A stretch of 12,609 nt of DNA, from assembly GCA_945861645.1 (NCBI GenBank), contig CAMAVZ010000049.1:1-12609 (forward strand), in the 5' to 3' direction. Numbering within the stretch: the stretch's first letter is position 1; each line of letters opens with the position of its first letter. The stretch comes from Opitutus sp. GAS368. GTDB taxonomy: Bacteria; Verrucomicrobiota; Verrucomicrobiia; Opitutales; Opitutaceae. The position numbers and the translations under genes are program-made. The notes under the pieces were generated by a model that was not told the origin of the DNA, searched no databases, and worked only from the letters and a program-made list of their open reading frames with translations. Below, in pieces: positions 5,730 to 12,609 of this stretch.

Positions 5730-8700
5730 TTATTTGCGAAATAATTGATCGAGGGAGCCTAGGCTCTTGAGCGGCGCGCCTTTTTCCCCTGATGTAGCCG
5801 GAGCCGGTTTCAGAGTCTGAGCGGGCGCCGGCCGCGCCGAACCGCTGGCCTGATCTTCCGTCAGCGACCCACCTAATTCTGCCAGAGCGCGCGTTAATCT
5901 CACCGCAGACACCGGCTCGGCGGTGCCCAACTCCTGCGCAAATAAACTGATCCGAAACTCCTCCACCAACCACCGAAAATTATCGGCGGCCTCAGCCGCC
6001 AAAGGGGCTACCCCCACCGAGCCAACGCGAGCGCCGCGGCTTTGGCCAGAAATTCGCCGCGCCGCGGCGACAAAGGGCGCCAGTTCTTGCAGGCGCTGCG
6101 CATCCTTCGCGGCATCGCGCTTCCAACGCTCAGTGCGAGCCTGCATGCCGCGCAAATACCGCGACACCTGCTGGAGCCGACTGAAGGGCATTGATCGCAA
6201 AAATTCTGGGGGCAAGAGCACCGCTAAATCGTCCGCTAAACCAGGGTATGCCGGTCGCTGCGTTTCTAAAGCCAAGCGCAGGGTAAAAATTTCCTTGAGC
6301 CACTCGCTGAGCTTCGGCACTAGGCCGCGCAAATCTTGCTTAGCCTGAGCAAGCTCGCGCTCAAAAACTATCTTCGTCAGGAGATAGGGCGCTCCCGAAA
6401 ATTGGTCCGTGCTACGCGCCTCATCTCCACGGCTTAATTTACCTCTCATCCGCTCCGGATCACAGACCCAACGGCGAATGGAGGCTAAAGCGTCGACCTG
6501 CATGGCCTCAGGGGTGATCAGCGTTACCGCTAAAGTGCCCAACATCCGCAACGCCTTAAGATCTTTTTCTAGCCACCCCAAATCAAAGCGTAATTGAATT
6601 TCAAATAATTTCCGTAAGCCCTCGCGTGTGGCCGTCGCCGCTTCTTCGGGCGTGGCAAATAACCGCACCGCTACTCCTGCCGCCACCGCCTTCAGGCCAG
6701 GATAAGCATCCACCGGCACGCCGTAATGTTCGCTCACCGCAATTTTTTCGGGTAGGTCGCCGTATTTCCATTCGGTCATCGCTTCCCCTTCCCACTTCGT
6801 TCGCGCCGCCCGCCACGCCGCGTTATCCACCCGCGCGGCTTGCTGACTGACATCACGTTGCCGCGAATGGAGCAGCGCCTGCAATTCTCCCAAGTCGCGA
6901 CTAGCGCCCAGCACCTTAGCCTGACTATCCACTACCTCCACCCGCACGCGCAGATGATCCGGGAGTAATTTATCCGTCCACATCGCCGGATTAATCCGCA
7001 CCCCCAACCGCGGGGATAGCAATTCAGCCAACGCGCTGGCCAGCGTGGGCGCGGGCATCCGGCCACTCACCAGCGCCAAGTCCCTCGTTAGTTGCTGCGC
7101 CGTCTCCGTCAGGGGAATCAAAGCACGGCGCTGTTCCTTGGGTAGCGCTTTCAGCATCAACTCAACCTTTTCACTCAAATGCCCGGGCACCGCCCAATCG
7201 AGCGCGGCCGCCGTCAGCGCGGCCGCTTCCGCCAGATTTACGCGAACAGTAACCCCGTCGGCCTCTTGCCCCGGCTGATAAGTATACGCCAACGGCAGCA
7301 CACAATTATCCACCGGGAGTTCCGCGGGGAAAGCTTCTGCGCTATGTTCGGTCTCGGCGGGCGGACGCAAGTCCGCTTCGCCCAGAAAAAGAAATTTAGG
7401 CGCGGTCAGCTGTTGATGCCGCACAAAGTCCACCATTTCGCCGACGCTACTAATCCCAAGGGGCGGAGAATTTTCTGGGGGCACGGCTCCCCCCGACTCG
7501 GCGGAACGATCGCTGCGACTGACCGGCAGCAGATACTGCGCATAGAATCGATAGAGCGCTTCATCGATGTTCATGTAACCGGCGCTACGGGTCCGCGTGA
7601 GGATCGTTTCGGTGTGCTCCCGCAGGCGGCGGTTGTGCGCCAAAAAATCAAACGGCCAGGTGATCGTATCTCCCACGAGACCTTCCCGAATAAATATCTC
7701 GGTTGCGTGGCTGGGATTAATTTTTCCATAACTCGCGGAACGCGTCGCCAGTTCCAAGTTGTAGAGCCGGCGCCGCTCCTTCACCAACACGCGACCCGCC
7801 TCCGCGCTCCAGAATGGCTCGCTATGCGCGACGCGGAGGAGGTGCGCCCCCAGATCGAGAATCCATTGCGGATCGATCCGCGCGCAGGTCCGCGCATATA
7901 TTCGCGCCGTCTCCATGACTTCAGCGGCCATCAGCCAACGCGCGACCCGCTTAGCCGGAACCGGGCTGGCCGGCGATTTTGTCGCAGGACTTTTCTTCCG
8001 CGGATCATTCCGTTCAAATAGCACCGAGCCCGGAAAAATTGCCACCCGCCGATCATGAGCAGCGTGATAATCCCCCTCCTCCGCCCGCGTGGCAATATTG
8101 CCCAACAATCCAGCTAAGATGGAGCGATGAATTGAGCGATACGCGGGTGTCGCCAGAGCGAAATCGGAAACCGCAGGCGGGGCGGATCGTCCCGATTTTT
8201 TGGCCGCGGGGCGGGCAGACCCTTCGTCTACGGCGGGTAGGCCGTCATATACCGACGTCCACGCGAGATTTTTTCTCTCCCGCAACGTGTCCTCTAACTG
8301 CCCATAAACATCACGCCATTCGCGCATCCGCATAAACGATAAAAAGTGCGCGGTGCAAAATTTCCGCAACTTGCCGAGCGTCATTTGCTCAAACTCATCA
8401 TGATAGCTCTCCCAAATCGCCAGCAGCGTTAAAAAATCAGAGTCCGGGTGCGTAAATCGCCGGTGGGCCGCATCGGCTTTCTCTTTCAAATCCATCGGTC
8501 GCTCCCGGGGATCCTGAATACTCAAGGCCGCGGCGATAATTAAAACTTCGCGCAGCGCTTTTTCCTGGCTCGCCTGCAGGATCATGCGACCGACCGTCGG
8601 ATCGACGGGTAAATGCGCCAACTCTCGCCCGAGCTCCGTCAGCCCGCCAACCTCATCAATCGCCCCGAGCTCGTGCAATAAGGCATAACCAGCGCGTATG

Positions 8701-10019
8701 CCCTTAGCCGGCGGGGCATTGAGAAAAGGAAACTCCTCAATGTCGCCCAGCCCAAAGGCCTTCATCCGCAAAATCACATCCGCCAAATTACTGCGCTGAA
8801 TCTCCGGCTGGGTGAACCGGGGACGTTCAAGATAATCCTGCTCCGAATATAACCGAATGCACACCCCATCACTCACGCGACCGCAACGACCCTTGCGCTG
8901 GTCCGCGCTGCTTTGCGACACCGGCTCAACCGGCAACCGCCGCGTCCGACTCTGCGGCGTGTACCGACTAAAGCGCGCTAACCCTGTATCGATTACAAAA
9001 CGAATGCCGGAGATGGTCAGTGAGGTCTCGGCAATATTCGTCGCGACGATCACCTTTCTTTTGTGGGAGGACGAAAATACCCGCTGCTGTTCGGCGTTGG
9101 TCAGGCGGCCAAATAAAGGCACGACTTCCACCCGCGACCCACGGCGTCCCTCAATCAAATCCCGCGTTTCGCGAATATCCCGCTCCGTGGGCAAGAAGAC
9201 TAAAATATCGCCGGCGTTACTTTCCTGCAACACACGCTCCACCGCCTCCACGGCCGCCTCAATGTAGGTGTAGTCTTCAGCTCTGATTTTCTTTGGGCCG
9301 GATGAACCCTCCCGTCGAGCCGACGAGCTTTTCAGCTCAGCCGGCCGGTCCGCCATAGCCTTGGCGACGGCGGAAGGATTCGCCCTACCTGCTCCCATCT
9401 CCTCCAGCGGCGCATAAATCACCTCGACCGGATAAACTCGGCCGGAGACCTCAATGATCGGCGCCCCGTCGAACGCTTGGGAAAAAGCTTCGGTGTCAAT
9501 GGTGGCCGAGGTGATGATAATCTTCAGTTCCGGCCGCTGGAGCCGCAGCCGACGCAGATGCCCAAGAATAAAATCAATATTCAGCGAGCGCTCGTGCGCT
9601 TCATCGACGATGATCGTGTCGTAAGCCCGCAGATCTGGATCGGCCTGCAATTCGGCGAGCAGCATACCGTCCGTCATGAATTTAATTACCGTGTCGGCGG
9701 AAGTCTGATCAGCGAAGCGAATTTTACAACCGACCTCACGGCCCAACGACACGTTGAGTTCCTCTGCCACGCGTCGCGCCACTGACGTAGCCGCCACCCG
9801 CCGAGGCTGTGTGCAGGCAATCTGACCACGCTCGCCGCGCCCCGCGACCAAACACATCTTGGGAATTTGCGTCGTTTTGCCCGACCCCGTTTCTCCCGCC
9901 AGAATCAGCACCTGATGATCACGAATGGCGGCAATAATTTCGTCCGCGCGCGCACTGATCGGCAACTCGGGCGGATACTCGATCCGGAAGGGCCAAGGTT
10001 TGGGGGTGCGGGGTGGCAT
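5730..10019 (-). CDS. hrpA: ATP-dependent DEAH-box RNA helicase HrpA
   Basis: 1429 aa. Motifs GETGSGKTT, TQPRR, MTDG, DEAHERSLN, SAT, ATNIAETSLT and QRKGRCGR, plus the HrpA-type C-terminal WLVEEFRISLFAQELGT. Confidence 0.96.
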   Translation of the reverse strand: MPPRTPKPWPFRIEYPPELPISARADEIIAAIRDHQVLILAGETGSGKTTQIPKMCLVAGRGERGQIACTQPRRVAATSVARRVAEELNVSLGREVGCKIRFADQTSADTVIKFMTDGMLLAELQADPDLRAYDTIIVDEAHERSLNIDFILGHLRRLRLQRPELKIIITSATIDTEAFSQAFDGAPIIEVSGRVYPVEVIYAPLEEMGAGRANPSAVAKAMADRPAELKSSSARREGSSGPKKIRAEDYTYIEAAVEAVERVLQESNAGDILVFLPTERDIRETRDLIEGRRGSRVEVVPLFGRLTNAEQQRVFSSSHKRKVIVATNIAETSLTISGIRFVIDTGLARFSRYTPQSRTRRLPVEPVSQSSADQRKGRCGRVSDGVCIRLYSEQDYLERPRFTQPEIQRSNLADVILRMKAFGLGDIEEFPFLNAPPAKGIRAGYALLHELGAIDEVGGLTELGRELAHLPVDPTVGRMILQASQEKALREVLIIAAALSIQDPRERPMDLKEKADAAHRRFTHPDSDFLTLLAIWESYHDEFEQMTLGKLRKFCTAHFLSFMRMREWRDVYGQLEDTLRERKNLAWTSVYDGLPAVDEGSARPAAKKSGRSAPPAVSDFALATPAYRSIHRSILAGLLGNIATRAEEGDYHAAHDRRVAIFPGSVLFERNDPRKKSPATKSPASPVPAKRVARWLMAAEVMETARIYARTCARIDPQWILDLGAHLLRVAHSEPFWSAEAGRVLVKERRRLYNLELATRSASYGKINPSHATEIFIREGLVGDTITWPFDFLAHNRRLREHTETILTRTRSAGYMNIDEALYRFYAQYLLPVSRSDRSAESGGAVPPENSPPLGISSVGEMVDFVRHQQLTAPKFLFLGEADLRPPAETEHSAEAFPAELPVDNCVLPLAYTYQPGQEADGVTVRVNLAEAAALTAAALDWAVPGHLSEKVELMLKALPKEQRRALIPLTETAQQLTRDLALVSGRMPAPTLASALAELLSPRLGVRINPAMWTDKLLPDHLRVRVEVVDSQAKVLGASRDLGELQALLHSRQRDVSQQAARVDNAAWRAARTKWEGEAMTEWKYGDLPEKIAVSEHYGVPVDAYPGLKAVAAGVAVRLFATPEEAATATREGLRKLFEIQLRFDLGWLEKDLKALRMLGTLAVTLITPEAMQVDALASIRRWVCDPERMRGKLSRGDEARSTDQFSGAPYLLTKIVFERELAQAKQDLRGLVPKLSEWLKEIFTLRLALETQRPAYPGLADDLAVLLPPEFLRSMPFSRLQQVSRYLRGMQARTERWKRDAAKDAQRLQELAPFVAAARRISGQSRGARVGSVGVAPLAAEAADNFRWLVEEFRISLFAQELGTAEPVSAVRLTRALAELGGSLTEDQASGSARPAPAQTLKPAPATSGEKGAPLKSLGSLDQLFRK
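9296..9389. repeat. Degenerate inverted GTAG-REP-like pair with a nested palindromic element, inside hrpA
   Basis: Minus strand reads GGTAGGGCGAATCCT[30-nt insert]CCGGCTGAGCTG (9389-9333). Without the insert it is 18/27 identical to plus-strand 9296-9322. The insert contains the imperfect palindrome TCCGCCATAGCCTTGGCGACGGCGGA (9349-9374). Confidence 0.6.
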
Positions 10020-10054
10020 GACAGGTAAATTAGAGGTTCCGTGCGGCGCCTAGA

Positions 10055-10600
10055 ATGGCAAAGTCAAACCGCATGCCCAACCCCGCTCTCTCGTCCGCTG
10101 AAAAATCCCTCCAGCGCATTCTTACAATCTCGCGGCTCAACGGCTGGAGCGTGATCGTCATCTCCGCGCTCGGCAGCTTACTGGCTCTGGCCATTGGAGA
10201 TCTCCTGAGCGTCTTAATCGGCCTGCTCGTTTTAGCGGCCGGCCTCATGGAAGTTCGCGGACACCAGCAATTGAAACGACGCGACCCCGCCGGCCTGACC
10301 TTGCTCGGGCGTTCCCAATTATTTCTGCTCGCCGTCATGCTGGTCTACTGCGCCGGCCGGCTTGGGAGCTTCGATGCCGACACGGCCTTAGCGAGCCTGA
10401 CCCCTGACCTGGAAGTAATGCTCGCGGAAGCCGGTCTCGATAAAAGCTCCCTTTTACCCTTAGTCCGCACGGCGTTTTTCGCTCTCTATAGTGTCGTCGC
10501 TGCCATTACCCTCATTTACCAAGGAGGCCTCGCGCTGTTTTATCGGAGTAAAATCAAACTTGTCACCGAGGCCCTGACCGCCCCGCCGCCGGCATCCTAA
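10055..10600 (+). CDS. Hypothetical integral membrane protein (start may be ATG 10073)
   Basis: 175-181 aa with about four long hydrophobic segments. It fills the gap next to hrpA without overlap. No family recognised. Confidence 0.8.
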   Translation: MAKSNRMPNPALSSAEKSLQRILTISRLNGWSVIVISALGSLLALAIGDLLSVLIGLLVLAAGLMEVRGHQQLKRRDPAGLTLLGRSQLFLLAVMLVYCAGRLGSFDADTALASLTPDLEVMLAEAGLDKSSLLPLVRTAFFALYSVVAAITLIYQGGLALFYRSKIKLVTEALTAPPPAS

Positions 10601-10602
10601 TC

Positions 10603-10748
10603 GCACCGGACCTTCCAGAATTTTTGCCACAAAAAACAAAAAAGGGAACGACCGCGGGTGCAGCCCGCAATGCGCCTATAGGCGCGCGGAACATTTTCCG
10701 AGGCAAGACAGACAGTTTTTGTGTTTTTCGTGGCCAACCCTCCGGTGC
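10603..10748. repeat. Nested inverted-repeat element
   Basis: Outer perfect 8-bp IR GCACCGGA (10603-10610) / TCCGGTGC (10741-10748). Inner IR 10626-10643 / 10717-10734 has 16/18 matches. Three internal hairpins. Confidence 0.7.
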
Positions 10749-10761
10749 CTTGGTCGCTGTC

Positions 10762-10818
10762 TTGTCGGGGCTGGTTACAGGCGATCCCAGGCAATCGCTT
10801 GCAAGCAAGCTCCTACAA
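10762..10818. repeat. Inverted doublet of GTAG-family REP sequences
   Basis: Intact copy on the minus strand, TGTAGGA-GCTTGC-TT-GCAAGC-GAT (10817-10794). Degenerate partner on the plus strand, TGTCGGGGCTGGTTACAGGCGAT (10763-10785), 18/24 identical with one gap. Confidence 0.75.
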
Positions 10819-10833
10819 CCTACCCTAAGCCCC

Positions 10834-11475
10834 ATGTCCAAGGAACGCTACATCGCAGCCAAACAAAAATGGGCCGAAAAACAACTGGCCCGCGGCTTCA
10901 AACCGCGCGTGGTCGCCGCGACCGACCGCCTGCCGCCCGGGCAGAAACTCACGACGGGATTTCCCGTGCTCGACCTCGGCGTGCAACCTGAGATTGCCCT
11001 GCAGGATTGGACCCTGACCGTCGATGGTCTCGTGGAAAAACCAACCGTCCTTTCTTGGGCACAATTTAATGCCCTCCCCCAAGTCACCGATGAAAGTGAT
11101 TTTCACTGCGTGACCACTTGGAGCAAGTACGACTGCACTTGGAGCGGCGTGGCGTTCACCTCCCTCTTCGAACTCGTTCAACCGAAACCGGAGGCGCAAT
11201 TTGTTTATTTCACGAGCTACGATGGCTACTCGACGAATGTCCCCCTCGCGTACTGTCTCGATGACGACGTGCTCGTGGCGACCCAATTCGGCGGCGCCCC
11301 GGTCACCCGTGAGCACGGTGGCCCCGCCCGCATTATCATTCCCAAACTCTACGCCTGGAAGGGCGCAAAATTTGTCAAAAGCATCACCTTCCTCGCCGAG
11401 GATCGACTTGGCTTCTGGGAAGTTCGCGGCTACCATAACCACGGCGACCCTTGGAAAGAAGAGCGGTACGCCTAA
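10834..11475 (+). CDS. Sulfite-oxidase-like molybdopterin-binding oxidoreductase (YuiH-like), 213 aa
   Basis: Motifs RLPPGQ, FPVL, DFHCVTTWS (Mo-ligand Cys), EHGGPAR, LYAWKGAK and GFWEVRGYHNHGDPWKEERY. I moved the start to ATG 10834 because the ORF-track extension from TTG 10624 runs through repeat elements. No Tat signal is visible. Confidence 0.9.
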   Translation: MSKERYIAAKQKWAEKQLARGFKPRVVAATDRLPPGQKLTTGFPVLDLGVQPEIALQDWTLTVDGLVEKPTVLSWAQFNALPQVTDESDFHCVTTWSKYDCTWSGVAFTSLFELVQPKPEAQFVYFTSYDGYSTNVPLAYCLDDDVLVATQFGGAPVTREHGGPARIIIPKLYAWKGAKFVKSITFLAEDRLGFWEVRGYHNHGDPWKEERYA

Positions 11476-11590
11476 GGTCCGTTCTAAAATCCGCTGATGC
11501 TCACTAGGGACCGTCATTCCGATCTGGCCGCGAAGGGCTTAGCCCTAAAAATCACGACGAAGCGCGCGCGGCCAGTCACTCATTAATTTT

Positions 11591-12609
11591 ATGAGCCCCC
11601 CTTTTTTTCCTCAAGATATCATCATTAAAAAACGCGATGGCGGCAGCTTAACCGAAGCGGAAATTAAATTCTTCGCGCAGGGAGTAACCGATGGTCGTTT
11701 TGCAGATTACCAGGCGACCGCGCTCCTGATGGCCATTTTTCTCCGCGGGATGACCCCGCAGGAAACCGCTTGGCTCACTGATGCCATGATGCGCTCAGGT
11801 GAAATGATTGACCTGCAATCGATCGCGGGCGCAAAAGTAGATAAACATTCTACGGGAGGCGTCGGTGATAAAGTATCCCTCATCCTCGCCCCGCTCGCGG
11901 CGGCTTGTGGCCTCAAAGTTCCGATGATGAGCGGTCGCGGTCTTGGTCACACCGGCGGGACGCTCGACAAACTGGAAGCCATCCCCGGCTTTCGCGTCAT
12001 GCTCAGCGTAAGCGAATTTCGGGCCATTTTGGAAAAAGTTGGCGCCGCGATGATTGGCCAGACGCCGCAAGTGGTCCCCGCGGATCGCAAACTTTACTCC
12101 CTGCGGGATGTCACCGGTACGGTCGAGTGCATTCCACTCATTTGCGCTAGCATCATGAGCAAAAAACTGGCGGAAGGGATCGACGCCTTAGTCCTCGATG
12201 TAAAATTCGGAAAAGGAGCATTTATGAAACGCAAGGAGGACGCCCTGACGCTTGCTCGGGCGATGGTGGCCGTGGGTCGCGCTGGGGGCAAACCGGTGTG
12301 GGCGCAACTCACCGCGATGAACCAACCGCTCGGTCGCGCCGCGGGCCACACCACCGAGGTGATTGAATCGATTGAGTGTCTCCAAGGCCGCGGCCCCGCC
12401 GACTTAATGGCAGTAACCTACGCGCTTACCGGGCATATGCTGATCTTGGGGGGAGCGGCTAAAAATGCCGCGGAGGCCCAAAGGCAAATGTCCGCCGCCA
12501 TTACCTCCGGCGCTGCGCTCGAGAAGTTTCGGCAAATGTGCATCGCCCAAGGCGGCGATCCCCGCGTGATCGAAGATTATAAATTGCTACCCACCGCCAA
12601 AAAACTTTT
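11591..12609 (+). CDS. deoA: Thymidine phosphorylase / pyrimidine-nucleoside phosphorylase, 3'-truncated by the window edge
   Basis: Hand-translated: MSPPFFPQDIIIKKRDG..., DKHSTGGVGDK, VPMMSGRGLGHTGGTLDKLE, ADRKLYSLRDVT, ASIMSKK, LDVKFGKGAFM, AQGGD. The frame stays open to 12609. Confidence 0.95.
   Translation, partial: MSPPFFPQDIIIKKRDGGSLTEAEIKFFAQGVTDGRFADYQATALLMAIFLRGMTPQETAWLTDAMMRSGEMIDLQSIAGAKVDKHSTGGVGDKVSLILAPLAAACGLKVPMMSGRGLGHTGGTLDKLEAIPGFRVMLSVSEFRAILEKVGAAMIGQTPQVVPADRKLYSLRDVTGTVECIPLICASIMSKKLAEGIDALVLDVKFGKGAFMKRKEDALTLARAMVAVGRAGGKPVWAQLTAMNQPLGRAAGHTTEVIESIECLQGRGPADLMAVTYALTGHMLILGGAAKNAAEAQRQMSAAITSGAALEKFRQMCIAQGGDPRVIEDYKLLPTAKKL

Noticed and set aside
7179-8021. 280-aa plus-strand ORF and other long antisense ORFs (5179-5619, 5923-6348, 8857-9267, 10825-11517)
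   Set aside because: Shadow ORFs opposite well-supported genes in GC-rich DNA, with no motifs.
10626-10734. tRNA or Moco riboswitch
   Set aside because: No TTC(R)A T-loop, D-loop GG or 7-bp acceptor geometry. I could not see the GNRA-loop and conserved purine-rich features of the Moco RNA motif. An Rfam scan would be decisive.
10624-10833. 70-aa N-terminal extension of the oxidoreductase from TTG 10624
   Set aside because: It is encoded almost entirely by inverted repeats and REP sequence and has no Tat or signal features. Family-like sequence begins after ATG 10834.

Overview
Bacterial chromosomal housekeeping segment. A Verrucomicrobia/Opitutae-like origin is my inference from repeat style and the absence of Shine-Dalgarno motifs. 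Ten genes are well supported: KamA-family lysine 2,3-aminomutase (-), carA (+), kdsB (-), HPr/ptsH (+), TatD (-), a CBS-pair protein (-), HrpA helicase (-), a membrane protein (+), a YuiH-like molybdopterin oxidoreductase (+, likely start 10834), and a thymidine phosphorylase that runs off the right edge (+, from 11591, absent from the ORF track). The most unusual signal is in the AT-rich first 270 bp. Two copies, 203 bp apart, of an ECF-sigma-like promoter (AACGTTT...CGTCT, AAC-N16-CGTCT) lie on the minus strand, each followed 21-22 nt later by the same 8-mer GTTCATAG. The complete unit would give a ~140 nt RNA with a CAU-presenting hairpin, six UGUUUUAGG repeats and a GNRA-capped terminator, suggesting a tandem array of paralogous small RNAs. 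Other notable items are an unannotated 29-aa membrane peptide ORF in frame behind the CBS stop, a nested palindromic/REP-like insertion kept in frame inside hrpA, and a nested multi-hairpin element plus a REP doublet upstream of the oxidoreductase.
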